The notes: generated by a model from the letters alone, not told the origin. A DNA stretch of 64,000 nucleotides from Malacoraja senta (GCA_038087875.1 JAXLNO010003747.1:186001-250000), one strand, 5' to 3'; shown: positions 13,501 through 27,344, counted from the stretch's first letter. Program-made: numbers and translations.

Positions 13501-15342
13501 CACGGTCCACAGCGAGCAAGAACTCGGTCCGTGATGGATGGGCCAGATCTTCCGGGCGAATTCTTGGTCCAGGGTGGCTGGCCCTGAGAGTATGGCCAGG
13601 GTGGTGTGGGTCTCTGATGATATTAGCTGTCTTTCTGAGGCAGCACCTCCTGTAGATCAATGGTGGGATGGAATGGTATGGAATGAGTGCTTCATGGTCA
13701 GTGGACTGTCGGCTGAAGGTTCTGTTTGTGTGTCTCTGTGACTATATGTGTGGAGAAGGCTGCAAAAGAGTAGGTGAAGGGGCATTCTAAATGATGGGAT
13801 GCACATATCATTGTAAACGGGGCCCTCAAAGTATTGATCTGTAAAATCCTAAATCTGCATTTTATTGCAGGGGACTAGAGTTTAATGGTAGACAATTCAC
13901 ATAAACACTTGTTCTTGTCTATGGAGAGTTTTGCAGACTGCTCCAATTACAATAAATTAATATATAACGAGTGGGATACTAGAAGGTACATTCCTTTTAT
14001 CCATAGATGCTGCCTGTTCCACTGCATTACTCCAGTATTTTGTCTCTATCTTTGGTGTAAGCCAGCATCTGCAGTGCCTTCCTACACAGACACAAGAAGG
14101 ATCCCAACAATGGGTTCTGTTTGTATGGAGTTTATACGTTCTCCCTGTGACCGCTCGGCTTTCCTCTGGGTGCTCAGAGGGCGATGGAGGCAGGTTCTCT
14201 GGATACTTTCAAGAGAGAGCTAGATAGGGCTCTTAAAGATAGCGGTGTCAGGGGATATGGGGAGAAGGCAGGAACGGGGTACTGATTGGGGATGATCAGC
14301 CATGATCACATTGAATGGCGGTGCTGGCTCGAAGGGCCAAATGGCCTACTCCTGCACCTATTGTCTATTCTCTATTGTCTATTGTTTCGTCCCACGTTCC
14401 AAAGACGTGTGTGTTTGTAGGTTTATTGGCCGCTGTAAATTGCCCTGAGTGTGTTGGATGTGAAACAGGGAAAACATAGAACTAGTGTATGGGTGATTGA
14501 TGGTCAGTGCAGACTCAGTGGGCAGAAAGGCCTGTTTCCATGCTGCATCTGCTAAAAAAGATTGGTGAGCATGATACCCGAATTCAAACGTCACAGAGAA
14601 ACCAACACATTTTAGTTTGTACAGATAAGAACACCCAAGAATGTTTGTATTCAAACAGACCAACAAAGTAATAAAGGTTTGCAGGTAAAAAGTCCAACAG
14701 TGAGCATTGCTTAATCTAATCTTATACTTAGAACATTGTAGACGTAGGGCATTCAGCACAGGGAGGCTGTCCCATTGAGGGGGACGAGAACAAAGGGGGA
14801 ACTGTGGGGATGGGGGCGCCACTAAGAACAAAGGGGGAACTGGTGGGGATGGGGTCTGTTGCCATGTGCGGCAACAGGCAGTGGATAGGACTGTTCGGTA
14901 CTTTGAAACTTTGTCTGCGCCAACACATGACGACATTTTTGTACTGCCTAGGTTCAGTTTAGTTTATTGTCACGTGTACCGAGGTACAGTGAAAAGCTTT
15001 TTGTTGCTTACTAACCAGTCAGTAGAAAGACAATACATGATTACAATCAATGCATTTATAGTGTAGAGACACATGATAAAGGAATAATGTTTAATGCAAG
15101 GTGAAGCCAGCAAAGTCCGGTCAAGGATAGACTGAGGTTGTATGGAAAACAAAGCATTTCACTATACACAGATATCTTGGGTACATGTGACAATAGAGTA
15201 TCATTCAATCATTCTTTCATTCATCAGTCCTATTCCTCCCAATTTATTTTCCATATAACACAGGTACCCATGGCCGCCAATGCTCCTTTGATTTTCTTTG
15301 CCATTTACGTGTGTTGATCTGGCTAATGGGTTTTGTGAAGTA

Positions 15343-15650
15343 CAGCACAGTGGTGCAATGGTAGAGAGTTGCTACCTCATAGCGCCAGAGACCCAGGTTC
15401 AATCCTGACTTCAGGTCTGTCTAGGTGGAGTTTGCACATTTTCACTGTGACTGAGTGGGTTTCCTCCAGGTGTTCCGGTTTCCTCCCACAACCCAAAGGC
15501 ATGCAGCTTTGTAGGTTAATTGGCCTATGTAAATTGCCCCTAGTGTATAAAGAGTGGACAAGAAAGTGGAATAACTAGAGTGAATGGGAGATCAATGGTC
15601 AGCATGGACTCAGTGGGCCGAAGGGCTTGTTTCCGCTATAACTAAACTAA
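15343..15650 (+). mobile_element. V-SINE
   Basis: Head, core and taaac tail. Confidence 0.82.
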
Positions 15651-16724
15651 CCTTAACACCCACTAAAATTACTGATTTATTGCAAGTAGCTAGATTCAAA
15701 ACTATTTAAACTACTGAAGACGGGTCCTGACTCAAAACATTACCTGTCCATTCCAGCCACAGATGCTCCCTGACTCACTGAGTTCCTCCGGTATTTCATT
15801 GCTCAAGATTCCAACATGTCTCGATATTAACTACTTGTTTGAATAACACTGTTGTTTGGTATTTTTATGATCTTTTTACGGTAGAATTGCATGCTGAAAT
15901 GTTCATACCTTGAACATAGTTGAAAAGGATAGTAATTCATTAATGCATGCAGGAATAGTATTATTAAAATTGACTTTAGTAAAATACCGAACACACTGGC
16001 AATATGCAGTAGGTCAGGCCTCATCTGTGGGCAGGAAAGCAGAGCTAATGTTTCAGGCCAGAGACCCTTCAGGACTGGGAAGGAGGAGAAAGAAGAAAGG
16101 AGGAACTGAAGATGCTGGTTAACATAAAAAGATACAGTGTTGGAATAACTCAGTGGGACAGGCAGCATTAATGGAGAGCGTGGGATGCTAAGGTTTTGGG
16201 TCAGGACCATTCTTCCAACTGATTGTGGGGGTAAATAAAGCTAGAAGAGAGGAGGGGATGAACAAAGTATGCCAGATGATAGGTGATAGATACCAAAATG
16301 AGAGAGCAGTCCTGAACTACTATCTACATCATTGGTGACCCTCGTACTTTCTTTGATCGGACTTTACTGGCTTTACCTTGCACTAAATGTTATTCCCTCA
16401 TCATGTATCTCTACACTGTAAATGGTTAGTTTGTAATCATGTATTGTCTTTACGCTGACTGGTTAGCAGGCAACAAAAGCTTTTCACTGTACCTCTGTAC
16501 ACGTAACAATAAACTAAACTAAAATGTTGCAGAGAGGATTTTCCGACAGGCAAATGATTGGACAAAGGCCAGAGATGAAAAGACAAAAGGAATTAAAGAA
16601 TGGTGAATTGTGAAAATAGAGGAATGGATGAAGGGGACGGGGGAGGGCAGAAATAGATGCAAGTCCAGATGAGGCACAGGGGAGGGGAAGAAATTGGGGG
16701 GTAGGTTACCTAAAATTCTCATCA

Positions 16725-17260
16725 CTTCCCACCCAAACCATCGCATCCCAGGTAATCTCCCCTGCAACTGCGGATGTAACATCTGTTCCTGTACCTCCTC
16801 TGTGGTCTGTCTCGAGGGACCATAGCAGCCCTTCTAGGTGAGACAAGAGGTTCATGTACACCTTCTCTAAACTGATCTATTGCATCCGGTGTTCCCAATG
16901 TGGCCTCCTGTATATCGACGAGGCCAAGCATTGACTCCACGACCATTTCGCCGAAAACATGCACTGCATCTGCCGTGGACTTCTGCACTGGATCTCCAGG
17001 TTGCTAACCGTTTGAACTTCCTTTCCCATTGCCATATTGACCTTTCTGTTTTGGGTCTCCTCCATTGCCAGTGTGAGGTCACATGCAAACAGCCCCTAAC
17101 ATTCTTCTTGGGTAGCTTTCAACCTGATGGTGTGAACATTGAACTCGCCAATTTTAGGAAACCTAAGCCCTACTCTCCTCCTCCTCCCCTTTCTCCCCCA
17201 CACCCATATTTCTCCCCACTGTTGCCCCCCACCCCTGTAGCCCACCTGGACTAGCACCTA
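16725..17260 (+). mobile_element. Degraded Penelope-like fragment
   Basis: Similar to the GIY-YIG region of the other copies (IYCIRCSQCGLLYI). Confidence 0.75.
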
Positions 17261-18145
17261 TTTCCCTCCTCACCCCCTTCCTTCTAAATTTGCCATTTGC
17301 AACTTTTCAATTATTTTGTTGCACACCTTCTGTATTTTTAACTCTGGCCCTTGTCAAATAATCTCCCTATCAGCTCCCCCCATTACCGCCTCCTCACCTA
17401 TGTTCACCTATTACCTGCCCCTCCTTTCATCCAGTTTCCTTCATCTCCCGCTCTCCCTTCCGCTCTACAATACCCATACCACCCCCCAACCTCCCACAAT
17501 GAGTCTGAAGAAGGATCCTGTTCCACAACACCACATATCCATGTTTTCCAATGATACTGCCTGACCCGTCGAGTTATCCCAGCACTTTGTGTCTTTTTCC
17601 AGGAGAAAAAAAAGAAGCATGTCAAGCTGCAGGAAGTGTGGGGGAGGGAGAATGTCTTTCAATGATAGACACAGAAAGCTGGAGTAACTCAGTGGGACAG
17701 GCAACATCTCTGGAGAGAAGGAATGGGTAACGTTTCGGGTCGAGACCCCTTTTCAGACTTTCCAAGCCTTATCTGGTAGAATTTAATGAGATAGACATCT
17801 GTTTGTGGTCGAATGCATTATCTGAAAGCTGAATGTAAATTGTACTGTTAAGGCTTTACAATACTTCATTGGTTAAAATGTGCATGGATTGAGCATATGG
17901 GCTTAATTGTCCTCCTTTGAAAGGAAGCTCACAGCATGTCTCAATTACATGTCAACCTAGTATCATAAAAACAACTGCTGTAGGAACTCAGGTGGTAGAG
18001 GAACATCTTTGTAAGAAGGAACTGCAGATGCTGGTTTACACTGAAGATAGACACAAAATGCTGGAGTAACTCAGTGCAGCATTTCTGGCAAAAATAAATA
18101 GGTGACATTTCAGGTTGAGACCCTTCCTCACATGTTCAAGAGTCA

Positions 18146-18897
18146 AGAGTGTTATAGACAATAGACAATAGGTGCAGGAGTAGGCCGTTCGGCCCTTTGA
18201 GCCAGCACCGCCATTCAATGTGATCATGGCTGATCGTCCCCAATCAGTACCCCGTTCCTGCCTTCTCCCCATATCGCCTGACTCCGCTATTTTTAAGAGC
18301 CCTATCTAGCTCTCTCTTGAAAACATCCAGAGAACCTGCCTCTGAGGCAGAGAATTCCACAGACTCACCACTCTCTGTGATAAAAAGTGTTTCCTCGTCT
18401 CCGTTCTAAATGGCTTACTCCTTATTCTTAAACTGTGGCACCTGGTTCTGGACTCCCCCAACATCGGGAACATGTTTCCTGCCTCTAGCGTGTCCAAGCC
18501 CTTAACAATCTTATATGTTTCAATGAGATTGCCTCTCATCCTTCTAAACTCCAGAGTGTACAAGCCCAGCTGCTCCATTCTCTCAGCATATGACAGTCCC
18601 GCCATCCCAGGAATTAACTTTGTAAACCTACGCTGCACTCCCTCGATAGCAAGAATGTCCTTCCTCAAATTAGGGGACCAAAACTGCACACAATACTCCA
18701 GGTGTGGTCTCACTGGGGCTCTGTACAACTGCAGAAGGACCTCTTTGCTCCTATATTTGATTCCTCTTGTTATAAAGGCCAACATGCCATTCGCTCTCTT
18801 CACTGCCTGCTGTACCTGCATGCTTACTTTCATAGACTGATGTACAAGGACCCCCAGAGCCCGTTGTACTTCCCCTTTTCCCAACTTGACTCCAGTT
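18146..18897 (-). mobile_element. CR1 LINE 3' fragment
   Basis: ORF 18306-18956 carries [14 protein letters not shown] and RGNLIETYKI. Tail (tctattg)n. Confidence 0.9.
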
Positions 18898-19039
18898 AGA
18901 TAGTGTTTTATTGTCATATGTCCCAGATAGGACAATGAAATTCTTACTTGCTGCACAACAGAAGGGAATGAAATTTGGAGGGAATTAAGTTTTTCACAAT
19001 GATTTTTAACTGGTACAGTAAGTCACTTCTATTATTCAT

Positions 19040-19300
19040 AAACCATTTGCTGGAGTATGTAACAATGTTACAAAATTTTGAGATTTTAAAAATCAAGTCT
19101 GCAATTTATCCCATCAGATAAAGCATAAAAGAAGTTTAATTTGACACCTAATTCACTTTCATATCTTCAGTATTAAAAAAGTTATGGCCATTTTCATACT
19201 CGGAAATTAGTATCTTGTTCCCTATTGCTTTTCCATTGACTTAACACAAAAGCTGTGATCAAGGACAGTCAAAAGCCCATAACTTTCTTAGAAATTAAAG
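19040..19300. repeat. Unclassified interspersed repeat (DNA-transposon-like), copy 1
   Basis: About 250 bp shared with 56815-57050 (aatgttacaaaa...gcccataactttctt). Confidence 0.7.
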
Positions 19301-20327
19301 GCCTGTCTCACGGGTTTGCGATCATTGGCGGTGAAACAGGAAGTATCTACCGCTCGTGGACCGCCAGAGACCGCGGGTTCGGTCAAACGCACACTGCCGG
19401 GGCCGTGCGGCGTTGGTCCCAACACCGCATGGTGCTCACAAAAAACCAACAATGTTGAAAAATCTTTTCCTACCGCACAGCCGCCGCCAGTGAGGCACGA
19501 GTGCAGCACGGGCACCGCCACAGCCGCCGCCACAGCGCCGCGATCACCACTACCGCCGCCACAGCCCCGCGATACGAAATGACGTCATCGCGTAGCGCGT
19601 CGCGTTGCACGATGATGTCATCGCGTAGCGCGTCGCGTTGCGTGATGTCGTCATCACCCGACGCCGCAAGCTTGTGTATAATTCCTGTAAATTTAGTGTT
19701 TAATTCCTGTAAATTAATAGCCATTTAAATCATCTTGCAAGTGGGATTTTGTGGAACGCGCTGGTTTGGAACGTTGCGGTTACACTGAATTAAACCCCAA
19801 TATCGGCAGGAAAAATACTGCCGGTTGGTATATTTACATAATCACATTTTCGCAACTTGAAATTTTTATTAAAGGCATCCTGAGAAGCAAGTTTATATGA
19901 AAAAATAAACGGTGTACCTTGCCTTGTCCCGTGCGTGAAATCCGTCCCGTTGTCGGCGTTGACGGCATTTGAAGATGATTTTAATTTTACTCCAACAATT
20001 AAATTATAAAGCGCTAATTTGAATAAACTTAATAAAACGGCAGTCAGAGCGATTTTTCTTCATCAACTATTTACCCTGTTCAAGATCGTTTAGAACAGGC
20101 TGCCGAAATATCGCATTTTAAACCCGCCCCCCTCTCAAAGGCGCCAAAGTCGCGCACACGGGCAGTGACAGAACTGCAGCGCCACTGAAGGTAAGTTTTG
20201 TAACATACCTAGAGTGTGTAGTAATATTTTCAAAACAATATTTGAAATGACATAAGACCAAGATTGCGTGAGAAGTCATCTTCTGATACAGTTTTGGATT
20301 TGGCAGGAAATGCTAAAAATATGGTTT

Positions 20328-20620
20328 GGCACGGTGGTGCAGCGGCTGATCTGCTGCCTTACAGCACAAGGGACCCGGGTTTGATCCTGACTACGGTTTC
20401 AGGTCTGCAAGGAGTTTGTACGTACTTCCCATGACAGGCGCAGGTTTCCTCCGGGTGCTCCGGATTCCTCCCACACTCCAATGACATACCAATTTGCTCA
20501 GTAAAATTCTAAATTGTCCCAAGCGTGCATAGAATAGTGATAGTATGCGGGGATCGCTGGTCGGCGAGGATTCGGTGGGCTGAAGGACCGGTTTCTGCAC
20601 TCTATCTCTAAATTAAACTA
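20328..20620 (+). mobile_element. V-SINE
   Basis: Head, core and tail. Confidence 0.82.
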
Positions 20621-21999
20621 AATACCTAGAAAGCAAGGAAAAGTTCAAGCCTAAGGAGAGGAAATCTGAATTCGCATTCTAGACCTTCATCATTTAATTT
20701 GGCAACTAAATTGTTGCAACTCTACCTCCACAGATGCTGTTGGATCATTTCCAACATGTTATATTTCTGTGTCAAGTTTATAGCACCATGTCATTATTTT
20801 CCACTGAAAATGGAAAGGTTGTTTGATAGATTTGTAATGTAATCATAGCCTAGAACATGGGTCTTTTGCTGATTAATATTGAGTCCAGCAATACATTCCT
20901 CAGGGCTTGAGCAATTGTGCTCTTGACCTGCTGTGAATATATCAGAGAGAAGAGTAAGGATGTGTAAAAGTGTAGTTATGCCGGCTGAAGTATGTACATT
21001 TTTGAGATGGTAGAGAAAATGGGAAGATGAATCACTTCTGTTCAGAAGACATTTAACAATGTTACACTTAAAGTGTTTATAAACATTTGTGAGGTAGGAT
21101 CAGGTTATTTGACTGGAAGGTAATTTTCCCCAAGTGAATGTGGGTGGTGGGAAAATTGAGAGAGGAGATTAATTGGAATGTGAGATTTACATGGAAACAT
21201 AGAAAATACTGTAGATGCAGGAGTAGGCACGTAAGCCTGACCTGTTTAACCCCCTGGAGATGGTCTGTAGTGATACCTTCTAACGAGGTTTTATGTAACT
21301 AACAATATTGCTAGTTCAGAGTCTATAAGGCTCTTAGGGACCTTAACATTCTGGTGTAGATGTGTGACCCCACACAACCCAAGGTCCATGGGATATGCAA
21401 ACATCTAGTTTGACCTTATGCCCCTGGTCTACTCTGCTTGACTAAGTCATAAACATAAAACCTTATTATTGCCCGCAGATCTTCCTATCCAGTGTTAACT
21501 TATGCAATGACTGGACCCGTTGCGCTGAACTCAGCGCCATGAGCATAATCACTAGTAAGTGAGTTTGACCAAGGACAGGGATGTAGCTGGAGCCCACCGG
21601 CGAATTGACGTAGCACAATGTTAACAACCCATATCTCCACGTCCCTAGGCCTGGGAGGTTTTGAGTTGAAGATACCCTTCATAATCTAGATGTCAGAGGG
21701 TGAAGACCGCGCCAGCACGCATGCTGATCATCCAAAATCAGTACCCCGTTCCTGCTTTTTACCCATACCCTTCATTCCATTAGCCCTAAGAGCTAAATCT
21801 AACTCTATCTTGAAAACATCCAGTGAATTGGTCTCCACTGCCTTCTGTGGCAGAGAATACCACAGATAATCAACTCTCTGGGTGAAAACGTTTTTCCTTA
21901 TCTCATTCCTAAATGGCCTATCCCTTATTTTTAAACTATGACACAAGTTTCTGTGTTCGATGACTTTATTCTCCTCAGTGATTTGGTGCACACGTTAAT

Positions 22000-22500
22000 A
22001 GTTTAGTTTAGAGATATAGAGCAGAAACAGGCCCTTTGGCCCACCGAGTCCGCACCGGACAGCGATTCCCACACCTTAACGCTACCCTACACACAAACCT
22101 GGGACAATTTAATATTTACACCAAGCCCATTAACCTATAAACATGTATGTCTTTGGAGTGTGGGAGGAAATCGATGGTCTTGGAGAAAACCCATGCAGAT
22201 CACAGGGAGAACGTACAAACTCCATACAGACAGCACCTATAGTTAGGATCGAACCCGGGTCTCTGGCACTGTGAGGCAGTCACTCTACCAGGTCTACAGA
22301 ACCCGGGTCTCTGGCACTGTGAGGCAGTCACTCTACCAGGTCTACAGAACCCGGGTCTCTGGCACTGTGAGGCAGTCACTCTACCAGGTCTACAGAACCC
22401 GGGTCTCTGGCACTGTGAGGCAGTCACTCTACCAGGTCTACAGAACCCGGGTCTCTGACACTGTGAGGTAGTTGCTCTACCTCTACTGCACCGTGCCACC
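22000..22500 (-). mobile_element. V-SINE with an amplified head
   Basis: Tail at about 22000; the head contains the 48-bp array. Confidence 0.85.
22252..22480. repeat. 48-bp tandem repeat within a SINE head
   Basis: About 4.8 copies of aacccgggtctctggcactgtgaggcagtcactctaccaggtctacag. Confidence 0.95.
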
Positions 22501-22509
22501 CATAATAGT

Positions 22510-23432
22510 GCTGCCCAAAAGTCAAGAGAGTTTTTTTGTCATGTGTCCCAGATAGGACAATGAATTCTTGCTTGCTGCAGCACAACAGAATATGTAAACA
22601 TAATACAGAGATAAAAGTTCAGAGTGTCTATATACCATAGACCATATATATACACAATAAATAACCATTTAAAGTGCAATAGGCTGTTATTGTTCAGAGT
22701 TTGTTTGATGTCGTGTTTAATAGCCTGATGGCTGTGGGGAAGAAGCTGTTCTTGAACCTGGATGTTCCAGATTTCAAGCTCCTGCACCTTCTTCCTGATG
22801 GCAACGGAGAGATGAGTGTGTGGCCAGGATGGTGCGGGTCTGTTGGCAGCCATTTTGAGGCAGCGACTGCGATGGATCCCTTCGATGGAAGGGAGGTCAG
22901 AGCCGAAGATGGACTGGGCAGTAGTCACAAACTTTGTGGATTCTTTTCCGCTCCTGGACGTTCAAGTTGCCGAACCCAGCCACGATGCAACCAGTCAGCA
23001 TGCTCTCTACTGTGCACCTGTAGAAGTCCGAGAGAGTCCTCCTTGACATACCAACTCTCCGTAATCTCCTCAGGAAGTAGAGGCGCTGCTGTGCCTTCTT
23101 TATGATTGCATCAGTGTGTTGGGACCTGGAAAGATCTTCGGAAATACGCACGCCCAGGAATTTGAAGTTCTTGACCCTTTCCACCATCGTCCCAGGTTAT
23201 AAACGGGATTGTGGGTTCCTATCCTACCTCTTCCAAAGTCCACAATCAGTTCCTTGGTTTTACTGGTGTTGAGGGCCGGGTTATTGTGCTGGCACCATTT
23301 GGTCAATCGGTCGATCTCACTAATATACTCTGACTCATCACCATCAGTGTTTCGTCCCACAACAGTGGTGTCGTCGGCGAACTTGATGATGGAGTTCGGA
23401 CTACGTCTGGCTACGCAGTCATGAGTTTAGAG
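22510..23432 (-). mobile_element. L2/Rex-like LINE 3' fragment
   Basis: KFADDTTVVG, VKNFKFLGVRIS and KKAQQRLYFLRRLR. Confidence 0.85.
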
Positions 23433-23724
23433 TGAGTACAGAAGAACAGTTTTCTTGTTTTTCAGTCATCAATATTCTCACTAGAATGGGCCATAAAAAA
23501 GTACTTCCTGTGGAAAAAGTTCAGTAACTTGGGGGAAAAATATTTAAACTAATTGGTCAACTAAATTGTAAAAGACAATGTAAAAAGAATACACATGTGA
23601 TCCATAAACTAGTTCAAAGAGCTGCCTTGCCTCAGGCACCATCCACTGAATGCTGCCGAGTGGTGTATTGTGGAATACTTTGTAAGATTGCATGGAATAA
23701 AAATATACATCAATCATAATTAAT

Positions 23725-24629
23725 GTGCATAAATGTTCGATTAATGTAAGACACACTTTAATACAATTTAAAATTTTACATAGATTATATTATTCAAAAA
23801 CTAAAATTCATAAAATTTTCCCTAATGTATCATCTATTTGTGATAAATGTCAATCCCAAGAAGCTACTATAGCGCACTCATTCGTTTTCTGTACAAAAAT
23901 TCAAAAATTTTGGAGTGAAATTTTTGAAATCTTTACAAAGTTATTTAAAACAAGACTGATACCCAAAGCAGAATGGATTATCTTCGGAATAACGGAAGAT
24001 GGTCCAGAACTAAATGTGTTTCAAAAGAAACTAATGGACTATGGGTTAATAACTGGAAAAAAGCTAATTCTAAAATTTTGGAAGAAGGCTCCAATACCAA
24101 CTATAAATATGTGGATTTCAAATATGTTTGAAACATTACACCTAGAAGAGATAAGACTCCTCCTAGCAGGTAAACCAGATCATTTCCACCTGACGTGGTC
24201 TGCATTTATAGAATTATTACAAAAATAGGGTGCAAAAGTACTTTAAAAAAAAAAAAAAAAAAATTGAGGTCAGGTAAGGGGGGATGATAGTTGAAGAGTT
24301 GGTATGTCCCATTTATGTAATGCTCAAAAAAATATTTGTTTCTCTCTTTTTCCTCTTTCTCTTTCTCTTTCTTTTCTAGGGCCTATTTCTTAACTCTTTT
24401 TCTTTTGTTTTTAATTTTGCTCTTATAGGGTCTTTGTCCTTTTTTGTTGTCACATTTCCTACACTTTCACTTTTTCCTTCACTTTCTTCTTTCTTTCAAT
24501 CTTTTCCTTTTCTAGTGTAAAAAATAAATGGAGTACATTAATTGTAAGAAGATATAAATGACGAGTACTAATGTATGCGGTTGTAATGTAATGTACTTCT
24601 AATAAATAAAAATTAAAAAAAAATAATAA
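23725..24629 (+). mobile_element. 5'-truncated L1/Tx1-like LINE with a T-rich 3' UTR and A-rich tail
   Basis: ORF HTLIQFKILHRLYYSK...CDKC...HSFVFC (C-terminal zinc-knuckle region of L1-clade ORF2). aataaa and an A-rich tail at about 24600. Confidence 0.88.
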
Positions 24630-24834
24630 TAAATTGTAAAAGACAATGTAAAAAGAATACACATGTGATCCATGAACTAGTTCAAAGAGTTGCCTTGCCT
24701 CAGGCACCATCCACTGAATGCTGCCGAGTGGTGTATTGTGGAATACTTTGTAAGATTGCATGGAATAAAAATATACATCAATCATAATTAATTTAAATGG
24801 CACAGAGGATGCCAGGTTTTATTTACACTCTGTT

Positions 24835-25884
24835 GTGTTAAAGAAGGAACTGCAGATGCTGGAAAATCGAAGGTACACAAAAATGCTGGAGAAACTCAGC
24901 GGGTGCAGCAGCATCTGTGGAGCGAAGGAAATAGGCAACGTTTCGGGCCGAAACCCTTCTTCAGACTGAAAGGGGGTGGGGAGAAGAAAGGAAAAAAGGA
25001 AAAAAGGCGGAGGAGGAGCCCGAGGGCTGGGGGAGGGGAGGAGACAACCAGAGGGCTGATGAAGGGGAGGGGACAGCAAGGGCTAGCAGAGTTGGGAGAA
25101 TTCAATGTTCAAGCCACCAGGATGTAGACTACCCAAGCGGAATATGAGGTGCATTTCCTCCAATTTACGGTGTTGCTCGCTGTGGCCATGGAGGAGACCC
25201 AGGACAGAGAGGTCATATACGGAATGGGAGGGGGAGTTGAAGTGCTGAGCCACCGGGAGGTCAAGTTGGTTATTGCGGACCGACCGGAGGTGTTCGGCGA
25301 AACGATCGCCAAGCCTCCGCTTGGTCTCACCGATGTAGATCAGCTGGCATCTAGAGCAGCGGATGCAATAGATGAGGTTGGAGGAGATGCAGGTGAACCT
25401 CTGTCGCACCTGGAACGACTGCTTGGGTCCTTGGATGGAGTGGAGGGGGGAGGTGAAGGGACAAGTGTTGCATCTCTTGCGGTTGCAAGGGAAAGTACCC
25501 GGGGAGGGGGTGGTACGGGAGGGAAGGGAAGAATTGACAAGGGAGATACGGAGGGAGCGGTCTTTGCGGAAGGCAGACATGGGAGGAGATGGGAAGATGT
25601 GGCGAGTGGTGGGGTCACGTTGGAGGTGGCCAAACTGACGGAGGATCACTTGTTGTATGTGACGGCTGGTGGGGTGAAAGGTGAGGACTAGGGGGACTCT
25701 GCCCTTGTTGTGAGTGGGGGGATGGGGAGAGAGAGCAGTGTTGCGGGGTATGGCAGAGACCCTGGTGCGAGCCTCATCTATGGTGGAGGAGGGGAACCCC
25801 CGTTCCCTGAAGAATGAGGACATTTCAGATGCCCTGGTGTGGAACGCCTCATCCTGGGAGCAGATGCGGCGTAGACGGAGGAAT
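24835..25884 (-). mobile_element. Penelope-like element 3' part with an intact 246-aa GIY-YIG-containing ORF
   Basis: ORF 25083-25823 with NLIYCIRCSRCQLIYIGETKRRLGDRFAEH. pLTR tail at 24835-24970. Confidence 0.92.
24934..24969 (-). ncRNA. Minimal hammerhead-ribozyme-like motif in a Penelope pLTR
   Basis: Minus strand reads ucagu-CUGAAGA-a-GGGUUUCGGCCC-GAAA-CGUU-gcc: catalytic core boxes, a stem II hairpin and palindromic AACGUU stem III. Stem I is only about 2 bp. Confidence 0.5.
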
Positions 25885-27344
25885 GTTTACACTCTATTTG
25901 GAGACACAGAACAATGCTGCACAAGGCAGGATGTACAGGAAGGAACTGCTGATGCTGGTTAAAACTCTCCAGTGAGTCCCTCAGCACGTACTCCTGCAGT
26001 CTGGAATGGACAGATGATGTTTTGGGTCAGACACTTCTTCAGACTGATTGTAATAGAAAGCTGAAAAAGAGATGTGGAGCTGGGACAAAGCCTGGCAAGT
26101 GATACAGGCGATAAGACACAAAAAGCTGGAGTAATACAGGCAACATCTCTGGAGAGAAGGAATGGGTGATGTTTCTGGTCAAGACCCTTCTTCTGACCCT
26201 TTGTCACCTTTTCACCTCTAGCCGTTGCCACTTACTCCACCCGTCTACTTATCAAAATCTGTTCTCAACTCGCATCAGCTTCTCGTTTTCACCCAACAAA
26301 TAAATAACAATGGCCTGTTTTCCTTTATCATCGTTACTTTTTTGCATATCTTTCATTCATTGTTCTTTATCTCTCAACATCATTGTCTATATCTCTTGTT
26401 TCCCTTATCCCCAACTAGTCTGAAGAAGAATCTCGACCTAAAAAGGCACCCATTCCTTCTCTCCAGAGATGTTGCCTGGCCCGCTGAGTTCCTCCAGCAT
26501 TTTATGTCTTATCACCTGTATCACTTGCCAGGCTTTGTCCCAGCCCCACATCTCTTTTTCAGCTTTCTATTACAATCAGTCTGAAGAGGTGTCTGACCCA
26601 AAACATCATCTGTCCATTCCAGATTGCAGGACTACGTGCTGAGGGACTCACTGGAGTTTGGTGCAGCCAACACCAAGGCTCAGTGGAGGTCTACAGTCCA
26701 GGGTCCTTCGTGGCAATACATTGGGGGGCTGCAACTGGTGAAGACGGCCCTCAAACAAGGGATGGGCTATTAACCCAGGAGGGCTATACGAGTGGCAAGG
26801 GTGCTTGATATAAGGATAGTTTGTGAACACAACCAAAAATAACCGTAATTAATCCATGTGTGGACACTGAGAATGGCAGAAACGTTGTTTGCCCTGTTCT
26901 TATTTTGTATACATTTCATTATTCTGAATAATATTTATCCTTGGTGGGGAAAAAATCCCTCCAGATATTACCTGACCTGCTGAGTCCCTGCAGCCCTTTG
27001 TGTTTTGCAGTGGATAGTATATATGATGTGGATGTGAATATTGGTGGTTTGATTAGTAGGTTTACAGATGACATGTACATTGAAGAAGGTTGTCTATGGA
27101 TCCAGTGGGATACAGATTAGCTAGAGAGCTGGATGGAGCAATAACAGAAGGAATGTAATCCAGACATGTGTGAAGTTGTGCGTGTCGGCATGTCATGTTC
27201 TAGTAGGACATAAACGATAAGAACCTGGGGGGTGTTAATATACAGAGTGTCCTTGGGTTGCAAGTTCATTGATACGTGAAAATGCTGACAAGGGTAGACA
27301 GGAAAGCAAAGAATGCACTTTGGCATGCTTGTCCACTTAGACAG

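Noticed and set aside
13170-13660. GC-rich stretch with several minus-strand ORFs as a host exon
   Set aside because: It is embedded between L2-like pieces, with no recognisable domain or splice pattern; probably part of a retroelement.
22200-22499. ORFs with 16-aa repeats
   Set aside because: Translation of the 48-bp SINE-head array.
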